A program made the position numbers and the translations under genes. This document shows, in pieces, positions 24,889 to 34,253 of a stretch of 64,000 bases of DNA; within the stretch, counting starts at the first letter, position 1; each line of letters begins with the position of its first letter. The notes beneath the pieces are model-generated. The model was not told where the DNA came from. It saw only the letters and a program-made list of their open reading frames with translations, and made no database searches. Source of the DNA: an uncultured delta proteobacterium (GTDB lineage: Bacteria; Desulfobacterota; Binatia; UBA9968); contig CAVTUQ010000025.1 in assembly GCA_963737905.1 (NCBI GenBank), positions 64,001 to 128,000 of the forward strand, read 5' to 3'.

Positions 24889-25866
24889 ATGTCGAAACTC
24901 AAGCTCACGCTCGCGTGCTGGGACTATGATCGCACCCGTCCGCTCATCGATGGTCGCGTCCAAGCGGAAGGCATCGATTTGGAGATCAAGGTCATGCGTC
25001 CGCGCGAGACCTTTCCCCGGATGCTGGAGCACCAAGAGTTCGAGGTTTCGGAGCTATCGCTCGGCTCTTACGTGAGCCTGAAGGGTCGCGGCACTTGCCC
25101 CTTCGTTGCCGTGCCCGTTGCGCTGTCCAAGATCTTTCGCCACTCGTGTATTTACATACGGACCGATGCGGGTATCAGGACGCCTCAGGACCTCCGGGGC
25201 AAACGGGTGGGAACTACGCAGCTCGGCTCTACCGCCACCATCTTCATGAATGGGATGCTGCAACACGAGTACGGTGTGACATTGGACGATATTCAATGGT
25301 TCATTGGCGGATTAACAACGCCGACCCAGCGACCGTTGATTCCGTTGAAGCTGCCGGAGAAAATCAAGGTCGAGTTTCTGCCGTCGGACCGGACACTGGA
25401 GGGAATGCTGGAGAGCGGGGATCTTGACGCGTTGCTTGCGATATTTATCCCCTCCCTCTTTCAGAATGGCTCGCCTTGCATAGCGCGCCTGTTTCCGAAC
25501 TACTATGAGGTAGAGGAGGACTATTATCGCCGCACCGGCATCTTCCCGATCATGCATACGGTGGTGGTGCGCGACGATATTTATCGAGAGCACCCGTGGG
25601 TGGCCCGGAGCATGTATAGGGCCTTCTGCGAAGCTAGGGATCTAGCGATCGACGGACTCTACGACACGGACGCGCTGCGCCTTTCGCTTCCTTGGCTGAT
25701 CAATCACATCGAGGAGACCTGGCGGGTTTTGGGGAAGAATTTCTGGGCGTACGGGTTGGAGCCGAACCGGCCGGCGCTGGAGGCTATCGGCCAGTATGTC
25801 TACGAACAGCGTTTCTCACCCCGCGTCGTTAGGCCTGAGGAGCTGTTCGTAGCGAACGTGGAGTAA
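24889..25866 (+). CDS. 4,5-dihydroxyphthalate decarboxylase-like protein (solute-binding fold)
   Basis: LTLACWDYDRTRPLIDGRV, FEVSELS, FRHSCIY, TGIFPIMH, YGLEPNR. Confidence 0.8.
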   Translation: MSKLKLTLACWDYDRTRPLIDGRVQAEGIDLEIKVMRPRETFPRMLEHQEFEVSELSLGSYVSLKGRGTCPFVAVPVALSKIFRHSCIYIRTDAGIRTPQDLRGKRVGTTQLGSTATIFMNGMLQHEYGVTLDDIQWFIGGLTTPTQRPLIPLKLPEKIKVEFLPSDRTLEGMLESGDLDALLAIFIPSLFQNGSPCIARLFPNYYEVEEDYYRRTGIFPIMHTVVVRDDIYREHPWVARSMYRAFCEARDLAIDGLYDTDALRLSLPWLINHIEETWRVLGKNFWAYGLEPNRPALEAIGQYVYEQRFSPRVVRPEELFVANVE

Positions 25867-25900
25867 TGAATGGATGAACGGCACTCGCGGACACCGGAAT

Positions 25901-25930
25901 GTCTCCCGCAAAGGCGCCAAGGCGCGAAGT
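25901..25930. repeat. Small GCGC/AAAG repeat; unoccupied homologue of the IS110 target
   Basis: Reverse complement acttcgcgccttggcgcctttgcgggagac versus reconstructed empty site acttggcgccctttgcgcctttgcgcgagat. Confidence 0.7.
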
Positions 25931-26029
25931 GAACCAAACCGTCCTTGCCACGACGCTGCCCCATAGAATAGGATAAGACTCTGTTTCAGCCAGTGTTCGT
26001 GACTCGAGGAAATCTACGAGGGGCACGCC

Positions 26030-27337
26030 ATGTTCGACCCTAAAAGCCTGATCATAGACAACCCGAAAGAGGGCGTCTTCCGAGTCCATCGCTCCGCCAT
26101 GACATCACTCGAGGTTCTTCAGACGGAGCAGGAGCGGATATTCAACAAATGCTGGCTGTATTTGTGCCACGAATCAGAAGTAGAGAATCCGGGCGATTAC
26201 CGGCGCCGGAATGTGGCGGGGAGGCCGCTTTTCTTCGTGCGCGGCAGCGATGGCAAGCTCCGGGTTTTCCTGAACACATGCACGCACAGAGGCGCGCTCA
26301 TTTGCCGGCACGACCAGGGGCATGCCGACGTTTTGCAATGCTTCTATCATGCCTGGACCTTCAACAATCAGGGCGATCTCGTAGGCGTGCCGGATGAGGC
26401 AGGATACGGCAACTGTTTCAACCGAGCGGAGATGGGCCTCAAGTCGCCGCCGCGGGTAGATAGTTACCGCGGCTTTATTTTTGTGAGCTTCAATCCCGAT
26501 GTTGAAGAACTGGTGACCTATCTAGCGGGCGCTCGGGAGTATCTGGACCTGATTGTCGACCAGGCCGAAGAAGGCATGAGGATAATCCGGGGTTCCAATC
26601 GATACTCTATCAAGGCCAACTGGAAGCTGCTGGTCGAGAACAGCCTGGATGGATACCACGTCAGGCCGACTCACAAGACTTACTTTGAATATGTAAACAG
26701 CCTGGGGATAAACACAAGCGGGGTGCAAACCGCATTCAGCCGGCCCGCCCGGGTCCTCGGCAACGGTCATGCGGTGGAGGAACACGACGGGATAAGGGGC
26801 CGGCCCATCGCTCGTTGGAGCCCGCTCTTCGGGGAAGAGAACAAAGAGGAAATCGCCACGATCCGCGCAAGACTAGTGCGGAAGTTCGGCGAGCAGAGGG
26901 CTCGTCATATGGCGGATATAAGCCGAAACCTCCTAGTCTATCCTAATCTCCTCATCATCGACTCTATCGACATCACCGTAAGAATATTTTGGCCCATAGC
27001 TCCGGACCTGATGGAGGTGACAGCCTGGCAGTTGGCTCCCAAGCAAGAGAAACCCGAACTCCTCGCGCGCCGGCTGGACAATTTCCTTACCTTCCATGGG
27101 CCGGGAGGATTCGCCACACCGGACGACGTCGAAGCGATCGAATCCTGTCAAGCGGGCTATAAAGCCGAGGGGGTCGAATGGTCCGAACTATCCAGAGGCA
27201 TGCACCGAGAAGCGATCGCCGAGGACGAGCTTCAGCTGCGGGCGTTCTGGCGCCAGTGGTTGGGCCATATGTCAGGGCTGGGGAAAGTTGAAACCAACGA
27301 CCCGCTGGTCAGGGAGAGGGCGGCGCTAGCCCGCTAA
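26030..27337 (+). CDS. Aromatic ring-hydroxylating dioxygenase alpha subunit (p-cumate/benzoate-like)
   Basis: Rieske CTHRG...CFYH; NWKLLVENSLDGYHVRPTH; FATPDD. Confidence 0.92.
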   Translation: MFDPKSLIIDNPKEGVFRVHRSAMTSLEVLQTEQERIFNKCWLYLCHESEVENPGDYRRRNVAGRPLFFVRGSDGKLRVFLNTCTHRGALICRHDQGHADVLQCFYHAWTFNNQGDLVGVPDEAGYGNCFNRAEMGLKSPPRVDSYRGFIFVSFNPDVEELVTYLAGAREYLDLIVDQAEEGMRIIRGSNRYSIKANWKLLVENSLDGYHVRPTHKTYFEYVNSLGINTSGVQTAFSRPARVLGNGHAVEEHDGIRGRPIARWSPLFGEENKEEIATIRARLVRKFGEQRARHMADISRNLLVYPNLLIIDSIDITVRIFWPIAPDLMEVTAWQLAPKQEKPELLARRLDNFLTFHGPGGFATPDDVEAIESCQAGYKAEGVEWSELSRGMHREAIAEDELQLRAFWRQWLGHMSGLGKVETNDPLVRERAALAR

Positions 27338-27351
27338 CGACGAGAGCGATC

Positions 27352-27864
27352 ATGGCGGAAGCAATCCCCGCTGGGAACCATAGCAGCGTACTTGCTTTGC
27401 GCGAGAGGGTGGAGGACTTTCTTTATCAAGAGGCGGCTCTTCTGGATGCATGGCGCTTGGATGAGTGGTTGGCTCTTTTCACCGCCGATGGCAGATATGT
27501 GGTCCCGACCACGGACCTTCCGGACGGAGATCCCCAGAAGGACCTGGTGTTTATCGACGATGACATGGTACGGCTGCGGGCCCGGGTGGAAAGACTGAAG
27601 AGCCGCCACGGTCACAGAGAATATCCTTCCTCTCGCACCCGGCGCTTCATTACCAATGTACGGATCAAAGTAGAAGACGGCGGCATCGTCGTGACTTCCT
27701 CGTTTCTCGTCTATCGTTTCCGCATGGCGGAATCGAGCCCCTATGTGGGTTGGTACGAGCATAGACTGAAACAGGTGGACGGGCAGTTGAAGATCCACCA
27801 CAGGAAAGCCGTTCTCGACATGGAAGCGCTGAGGGAGCACGGAGCGGTGAGCATCATCCTATAA
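27352..27864 (+). CDS. Aromatic ring-hydroxylating dioxygenase beta subunit
   Basis: FLYQEAALLDAWRLDEWL...EYPSSRTRRFITNV. Confidence 0.92.
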   Translation: MAEAIPAGNHSSVLALRERVEDFLYQEAALLDAWRLDEWLALFTADGRYVVPTTDLPDGDPQKDLVFIDDDMVRLRARVERLKSRHGHREYPSSRTRRFITNVRIKVEDGGIVVTSSFLVYRFRMAESSPYVGWYEHRLKQVDGQLKIHHRKAVLDMEALREHGAVSIIL

Positions 27865-27944
27865 GGCTCTGACGCTAAACATTTCCGGCCTTTACCAGAA
27901 ATCATCGGCGGATCGAAAAATCCTGCTCGAAAATAAAGCTACCT

Positions 27945-28200
27945 GCACCGAGTCGGTCCGGCGCAAGGCATTGATTTAGGAAAAGAAGATTGTATAAATA
28001 GCGCGGTCTAGCTTCCGCCAGTTCAAAGTTCAATGTTCAAGAGTTCAAGGTGAACTTCCACCTTGCTGCGTTGAAACCGACGCTCTCACGCAAAGGAAGT
28101 TTGTTCAAGTCGTTCAACCGCTTCGCTCCGTTCAAAACGTTTTCAGGCTAACATCCGTTCCAAGAGTTCCAAAGTTCCAGTTGTTCCAATCGTTCCGCTC
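27945..28200 (+). repeat. Composite repeat Q2 (TTGATT-N16-TATAAA plus heptamer array)
   Basis: gcgcaaggcattgatttaggaaaagaagattgtataaatagcgcggtcta, then gttcaa repeats. Confidence 0.8.
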
Positions 28201-28304
28201 CAAGTATCAGGAAAGATCGAGACTTGGCGGGTAACGTGTTGCCCATGGGAATTCCTAAAATCCACGTTTTTGTGATAGCAACGACGACAGGCTAAGGAAC
28301 ATCC

Positions 28305-28490
28305 GTGGCGATCCTTCTGTATTTCGATACAAATGTGCTTCGCCGCCCTTTCCAGATCAGACAATAAGAAGGATTCGGAGGGAGACCGAAGCCCTTGAAC
28401 GCATCCTAGAAAAGACACAAAGCAAGGAGGCTGCCTTTATTACGTCGGATATCCTCGTTTTTGAGATTCAAAGGATTGTCTCGCCGGGCT
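28305..28490 (+). pseudogene. PIN-domain toxin N-terminal remnant
   Basis: My translation VAILLYFDTNVLRRPF/DQTIRRIRRETEALERIL...SDILVFEI, with a 1-nt shift near 28348; remainder missing. Confidence 0.6.
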
Positions 28491-28694
28491 CCGTATGCCT
28501 CAATGAACGTATCGTTCGATTGCTCTTTGAAATGATTGACAGTCCTTTTGCCCGTGATATTGGTCTCCTAGGCACAGGCCAATAAGAAACGGTGCCCGCG
28601 ATGCAAGATCGCGTAAAGCGCAAGCGAACCACGATCGCTATCGCCCTTTTCACTGTAAAAGTCTGATGGCCGGAACGAGGGAGGAAAAGAAAAC

Positions 28695-30326
28695 GTGGTA
28701 GAGAAAGCACTCGTGGTGCAGGGTGGAAAACTGATCGACGGCACGGGGCGGCCTCCGGTCGAGAATTCCGTCATCGTTATCCAGGCAGGCAGGTTCCAAG
28801 CGGTCGGCAGGAGCGGGGACGTCTCTATTCCTGCCGACGCGCAGGTGATTGATGTCAAGGGCAAGACCGTTCTGCCGGGCTTCATCGACGGCCACGGCCA
28901 CCTGGAGGATTTCCACGGAGAGCTCTATCTGCATCTGGGAATTACGACCTGCGCCTCGATCGAAACCTCCCAGGACGGCCCATGGACCCTCGCTCAAAAA
29001 CAGGGCACCGACTTGGGAAAAATTCGCGGGCCGCGGATATGGATGTCCGGCCGGGCAGTCGGCGGCGTCAGCACCGGGCACGATGCACCCAGCTCGAGAA
29101 CAGTCCGCGGCAACATCATCGTCACAACGCCGCAAGAGGCGCGAAAAACGGTGCAGCGGAAAAAGGAACTCGGATGCGACATCCTCAAAGTCAATGAGTT
29201 TCTTTCCATGGAGCTGCTCAAGGTCGCCGTCGATGAAGCTCATCGGTTGGGCATGCCGGTAGCCGCGCACAGTTGGGACGTCATCGGCTCCGTCAACGCG
29301 GGCGTCGACTCGATCGAGCACATCTGGTCGGTCGGCTACAGCTCCATCCCCTATGCACCGGCCCGGCGCAAGCTGGCCGAAGACCGGCTGGGAGGAAGGA
29401 TCGACCAGGAGATCGCCGGGTCCTATTACCAAACCGAAAATTACGACCGGGTGATCGGCGCGATGGTGGAGCATCGCGTCGCGTGGACCCCGACCATTGC
29501 CAAATGGCTCCGTCCGCTTTCGCCCAGCGCCGAGCGCTTCAGAAAAAGAGCGAACGAAATCTTGAACGACCCGAATGCCGATCTCCCCGCGGCGGTCCGC
29601 GCGGTGAGCGAAAGCGCCTACGACAAGTTGCTCAAACGTTACACGCCCGAGCAGCTCGAGCGCGCCAAGATCGGCTATGAAAAAGCCAACGAATTCATCC
29701 GCCGTTTCGTCCAGGCGGGCGGGATCCTGAAGGAGGGCTCGGACCCGCCCCGCGGCATGGCGGCGTTGCTGATGCATGAGGCCCTGGCGATGGACGTTGA
29801 AGCCGGGGTAGCGCCGATGACGGCGATCCAAGCGGCCACCTCCAATGTCGCCAGGACTTTCAACAAGGACAAGGACTACGGCAGCGTCGAAGCCGGCAAA
29901 GTCGCGGACCTGTCGATCGTCGAGGGGAACCCGCTGGAGGACATCTGGATGACCCAGAACGTCAAGATGGTCATCATGGACGGGAAGGTCGTCGATATCG
30001 GATTCCAAAAATACAAGAACCCGATTCCGTCGTTCTACTCCTACCAGAGCTTGCCAGCGAACATCGAAATATCCCCCCTCTTTCTCACCCAGGGTTCCGG
30101 TCCCACGGTATTGAAACTATGGGGGGAGGGGATGTGGCCATTCCACCGCGTCATGCTGAATGGCGAGCCGCTACCGACCAGTTTCGTCTCAAGGAACGAG
30201 CTTCAGGCGATCATTTCGCCGGAAGCGATCGCAAAGGTGGGCACGTACATCGTCACGCTCAAGAGCGAAGGAGAAGTTCTGCCCGAGTCCCATCGCGCCC
30301 ATCTCGTGGTGGGCTATAAGCAATAG
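28695..30326 (+). CDS. Amidohydrolase-family protein with a C-terminal Ig/IPT-like domain
   Basis: GKTVLPGFIDGHGH, VAAH, IEH, GSD, GKVADL. Confidence 0.88.
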   Translation: MVEKALVVQGGKLIDGTGRPPVENSVIVIQAGRFQAVGRSGDVSIPADAQVIDVKGKTVLPGFIDGHGHLEDFHGELYLHLGITTCASIETSQDGPWTLAQKQGTDLGKIRGPRIWMSGRAVGGVSTGHDAPSSRTVRGNIIVTTPQEARKTVQRKKELGCDILKVNEFLSMELLKVAVDEAHRLGMPVAAHSWDVIGSVNAGVDSIEHIWSVGYSSIPYAPARRKLAEDRLGGRIDQEIAGSYYQTENYDRVIGAMVEHRVAWTPTIAKWLRPLSPSAERFRKRANEILNDPNADLPAAVRAVSESAYDKLLKRYTPEQLERAKIGYEKANEFIRRFVQAGGILKEGSDPPRGMAALLMHEALAMDVEAGVAPMTAIQAATSNVARTFNKDKDYGSVEAGKVADLSIVEGNPLEDIWMTQNVKMVIMDGKVVDIGFQKYKNPIPSFYSYQSLPANIEISPLFLTQGSGPTVLKLWGEGMWPFHRVMLNGEPLPTSFVSRNELQAIISPEAIAKVGTYIVTLKSEGEVLPESHRAHLVVGYKQ

Positions 30327-30448
30327 CGCACTCCAACCGGGTCGGGGCGCAAGGAAGGCGGCTGGCGAGGGTAACGAAGAGAAAACGAAGTATACTGTCC
30401 CTGGAAATCCTGTTGACTCGTTTTGTACGCCCTTGTACACTTCAGTGC

Positions 30449-30715
30449 ATGAAATTGTCGATCAGTGAAGCACGCAAACGGCTCCCGGAGTTGGTGCGCC
30501 AGGTAAGGAAAGAGGCCGGCGCCAAAGTCGAGATCATGGTGCGTGACGAAGTCGTGGCGGAACTGCGCGCGGCGCTGCCGGAGCCCGAGCCGGGAGCCGC
30601 CGCCAAAAAGCTCGTTGAATTGATGCGCAGGCTTCCCAAACAGAGGGGGAGAAAAACGAACGTATCCGCGCACGTTAAAGAACACCTCTATGGCTCCGGC
30701 GCAAAGAGCCGTTAA
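30449..30715 (+). CDS. Phd/YefM-family antitoxin
   Basis: MKLSISEARKRLPELV; repeated TGTAC boxes upstream. Confidence 0.85.
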   Translation: MKLSISEARKRLPELVRQVRKEAGAKVEIMVRDEVVAELRAALPEPEPGAAAKKLVELMRRLPKQRGRKTNVSAHVKEHLYGSGAKSR

Positions 30716-31131
30716 TGGCGCTCCCAGCCCGTCTGTTCTGTGACACATCTTTCTTTTACGCCTGCTTCGACCAACACGATGTCAACCACGAACGGGCCAA
30801 GCATCTCAGCGAAGAGGCCGCTACCGTAGGCTCCGCGCTCTATGTAACCTGGGATATCATCAGTGAAACAGTGACGCTGCTTCGCTACCGGCGAACCTAC
30901 CGCGAAGCACTAACCTTTCTTACTGAGATTAAGCCTCACCTGCGGATCGTAAATTACGGCGAGACCGTGCGCACAGAAGCGGAACAAATTTTCCGGCGGT
31001 ACGGCCGCGACCATAAACTCTCTTTCTGCGATGCGATATCATTTGTCATTGTAACTACGCTCCTTGATGACGTGCCTTCTCTCGCGTTTGATACGGACTT
31101 CCGCAGCTTGGGGCTCGCCGTCATTCCTTAG
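30715..31131 (+). CDS. vapC: VapC PIN toxin
   Basis: FCDTSFFYA...ISETVTLL...LSFCDAISF...FDTDF. Confidence 0.92.
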   Translation: MALPARLFCDTSFFYACFDQHDVNHERAKHLSEEAATVGSALYVTWDIISETVTLLRYRRTYREALTFLTEIKPHLRIVNYGETVRTEAEQIFRRYGRDHKLSFCDAISFVIVTTLLDDVPSLAFDTDFRSLGLAVIP

Positions 31132-31150
31132 TTGCCCCCTGACACATTTG

Positions 31151-31251
31151 GCCCGGTACCGGGTCGCCCAGCGAAAGGCATTGATTTAGGAAAGCAAAAG
31201 TGCAAATAGGCTCGGTTAGCTAACCCCAGTTCAAGGTTCAAGAGTTCAAAG
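31151..31251 (+). repeat. Composite repeat Q3
   Basis: 23 bp identical to 24200-24222, then the ttgatttagg block and gttcaa repeats. Confidence 0.8.
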
Positions 31252-31421
31252 AAAGAGCAACTCGATCGGAACTTCCAAGTTTCAGGAATTGGGACGGAAA
31301 ACGAAACCGCCGCCGTTACCGCGGGCAGCAACAATTGACAAATAGCCTTAAGCGTCCCGCTGTTTGTTTTAAAGGATACGGTTCATTAAGATCTCCACAA
31401 CGATCTCAAGGAGGTGCCAAG

Positions 31422-32561
31422 ATGGTTGCCGCGCGTGCATTGGTATTTTTCGTTTTCATTGTTACCGGCATGGTCGTCGGGCGCTCGTTGCCTCGGAGCG
31501 AAGCGGCGGAGTCGTGGGAGGCTGAGTGGGATAAAACCGTCAAAGCGGCCGAAGAAGAGGGACAAGTCTCGCTTTACATTGCCGGCTACGAGAAAGTGAT
31601 CGACTCAGGAGAATTTCAAAAAGCTTATCCTAAAATCAAAGTGATTAGCGTCACCGGTTCGGGCACGCAACTCAGCAAGCGTATCGCGGCGGAAAGGCGG
31701 GCCGAGAAATATCTCGCCGACGTCTACAACGGGGGCGGCAACTCGCTTTACCAGGTGCTCTTCTTGAACAAAATTCTCGATCCCATCAAGCCCTCCCTGG
31801 TCTTGCCGGAAACTCTCGATACCTCCAAGTGGTGGGAGAACAAACATAAGTACGTCGACAAGGAAGGCGAGTATATTTTCGTGTATGAAGGCAATGTCTC
31901 GGGGGGTGCCAACCCGGGGTTCAACACCCAACAAATAAATCTTGGCGACTTCAAATCCTATTGGGACTTTCTAAGTCCGAAGCTCAAAGGCAAAATCATC
32001 TCCTTGGACCTGCGCGAAATTCGCGGCGCCGGCGGTTCTTGGGGGTTCATTTACTACCATCCGGAGCTGGGAGAGAAGTTTATCCGGCGTCTTTACGGCG
32101 AAATGGCGGTGACGATGGTCGGCGACTTGCGGCAAGCCGTGGATTGGCTGGCCAACGGAAAAGTCGCTTTGTGTCTGCCTTGCCAGGACTCGACGGTGGT
32201 TAAGGCGAAGAATCAGGGGCTTCCCGTTTCATCTTTTCCGCCCTATCATTTTAAGGAAGGCATCAATATTTCCTCGGCCTTCGGCCAATTGGCGCTTATC
32301 AATCGAGCACCCCATCCAAACGCAGCCAAGGTCTTTATCAACTGGTATCTGTCGCGGGCCGGTCAGGCCGCATTCCAAAAAATTATGAGCATTCCGGGGG
32401 ACGCTAAAAACTCGCGGCGTATCGACGTGCCCAAAGATCACATTCCCCCGGAAGAGCAGCGCAAGGACGGCCTGGCCTATTTCGACACCGACGCGCCTGG
32501 CTCCAAGGATCTCAGGCCGTTGGGCAAGCTTTTGAGCCAGGTCATCCCGAAGCAAAAATAA
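31422..32561 (+). CDS. ABC extracellular solute-binding protein
   Basis: GGAGG RBS; WDKTVKAAEEEG, AERRAEKYLADV, APHPNAAKVFINWYLSRAGQ. Confidence 0.88.
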   Translation: MVAARALVFFVFIVTGMVVGRSLPRSEAAESWEAEWDKTVKAAEEEGQVSLYIAGYEKVIDSGEFQKAYPKIKVISVTGSGTQLSKRIAAERRAEKYLADVYNGGGNSLYQVLFLNKILDPIKPSLVLPETLDTSKWWENKHKYVDKEGEYIFVYEGNVSGGANPGFNTQQINLGDFKSYWDFLSPKLKGKIISLDLREIRGAGGSWGFIYYHPELGEKFIRRLYGEMAVTMVGDLRQAVDWLANGKVALCLPCQDSTVVKAKNQGLPVSSFPPYHFKEGINISSAFGQLALINRAPHPNAAKVFINWYLSRAGQAAFQKIMSIPGDAKNSRRIDVPKDHIPPEEQRKDGLAYFDTDAPGSKDLRPLGKLLSQVIPKQK

Positions 32562-32658
32562 AGAATTCGGGATCAAGCACAGTGTCCCGGGTCGGACCAG
32601 AGCAACCCATTGGCGAGACCCCTAACGCAGGCATCTTGTGCTTCGGCTTTATCTAGAC

Positions 32659-33093
32659 CTACGACTTTACGATCTCTTCGTACGGCGGTTCCGGCATTCC
32701 CTTGTTCCAGCTTGGGTCGCGGATCTCGAGACGGTTCCCGCTGGGATCGTAAAAGTAGAGCTCTCGCCCGGTGAAATAACCTTTGGCGCGGTATTCCAGC
32801 TCGACGATGGGAATCTTCTTTTCGTGAAACGTCTTGCAAGCCTGCACGAACCCGTCGGGGCTTACCGTGAAGGAATGATGCACGCGATCTTCGACGATGG
32901 TTTCATCCTGCGGCTTCTCCCGCTCGCACAAAAGGATGTTATGATCGCCGACATTAAAGCAGGACATCACGTTGTTGCTGAGGCGCCCGACCGGCTTGAG
33001 CCCGAGCAGCCCGCCGTAGAAATCCTCGGATTCCTTTAAGTCGTTGACCGGAATCGACCAGTGAGTAACTCCTTCGATTTTGAACGTTGCCAT
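32659..33093 (-). CDS. VOC/glyoxalase-family protein
   Basis: HWSIPVNDL...FY..LLG, HHSF, YFYDPSGNRLE; AGGAGG RBS. Confidence 0.9.
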   Translation of the reverse strand: MATFKIEGVTHWSIPVNDLKESEDFYGGLLGLKPVGRLSNNVMSCFNVGDHNILLCEREKPQDETIVEDRVHHSFTVSPDGFVQACKTFHEKKIPIVELEYRAKGYFTGRELYFYDPSGNRLEIRDPSWNKGMPEPPYEEIVKS

Positions 33094-33429
33094 GAAAACC
33101 TCCTTTTCGTTGCGTCCATGCAGACGGTGAGAAATCACTCCTCATACGACAAGACAGCTTAGCATAAAATGCATCGCAATTGGCAACAGTAAAACCCGGA
33201 GGGTTCCACCTTTTTGTGAAAGAGTTCAAATCGTTCAAATGGGGAAACGCGTCGATTTAGATGTATAAGTCAACACCCATCATTTGGCAGTCGACTTACA
33301 AGTTCTCATCGTCGATCGGAGAAATAGAATCTGCATCTGCGGGAGCGCTTTGTACAAATCCAGTGTTGCAAGTTCGAGGTATGTCGCGATGCGGAACTCA
33401 AAGAAAAATAAAAAGGAGCTTGTGGCCGC

Positions 33430-33849
33430 TTAAATAGATTGCTTTCCCATTAACCCCGCCATTTTTGCTTTTAATGTGCTTTTAGCGGTTTCAGACTTAT
33501 ACCACAAGAGCGACCTATCAACGAATACAATCGCCACAATTTCGCTATTATAAACATCCGGGATTGCGTGTCCGTACTCATCTAAACGTTGCTTTAATGC
33601 TTGAAGGGTAACCAGTAAACCGTGATCGGTATTATAAAAGCCGATCATATAGTCCATGATATTATTATTTTGGCTTGAAAATGGCTCCTCGCCAATGATT
33701 TTTCTGCTGCAGTTTTCCAAAAGCTTTTGGACATCAGAATTCATTGTTTTCGAAATGAATTCCCGTCTTTCATCTGCGCACAGACCAGGCGCCATCAGTG
33801 CAAACACCAATACCGGCAAAAATAGGGCCGCCAAAAAGATTTTTTTCAT
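33430..33849 (-). CDS. AT-rich secreted hypothetical protein
   Basis: Signal-peptide-like MKKIFLAALFLPVLVFAL; visibly AT-rich. Confidence 0.65.
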   Translation of the reverse strand: MKKIFLAALFLPVLVFALMAPGLCADERREFISKTMNSDVQKLLENCSRKIIGEEPFSSQNNNIMDYMIGFYNTDHGLLVTLQALKQRLDEYGHAIPDVYNSEIVAIVFVDRSLLWYKSETAKSTLKAKMAGLMGKQSI

Positions 33850-33966
33850 GAACTACTCTATTTTCATTTCTTTTTTAGGGCCATCCCGGCTCAGGGACGA
33901 CTGACCCCGCACAGAAATCGCGCTTCTTATGGCAGGGTAGACTGCAGTCAATTCTCTTTCACTGTG

Positions 33967-33981
33967 GCAATCCACGTGCCA
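33967..33981 (-). promoter_or_regulatory. Sigma54 -24/-12 promoter
   Basis: Minus strand TGGCAC-GTGGA-TTGC, about 120 bp upstream of 33849. Confidence 0.7.
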
Positions 33982-34253
33982 GCAGAAGCGCTTGAAGTTT
34001 AGTGAGCAAACCTTTCACAGTGTTTGAATAACTAGACACTCGGAGTCAGGGTTGGTAAGAAATTCACTCACCGTCGCTTTTAATCTAAAAAACTCGCAAA
34101 GGCCGTCAACGGTCTCAAAAATGATGCGACGATGAATTCAATTCTGGCGGCTGGCTTTTTCCTTGATGCTCCATCTCCTCTGAAACCGCTTGACATTGAC
34201 CTCGCGGACAACTTAGCCTCCGCCAGGACGGCCAAATTACAAGGAGGTGGCTC

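Noticed and set aside
28650-30008. 452-aa minus-strand ORF (likewise 3138-4010, 42281-43033, 43895-44911)
   Set aside because: Antisense shadows of well-supported GC-rich genes
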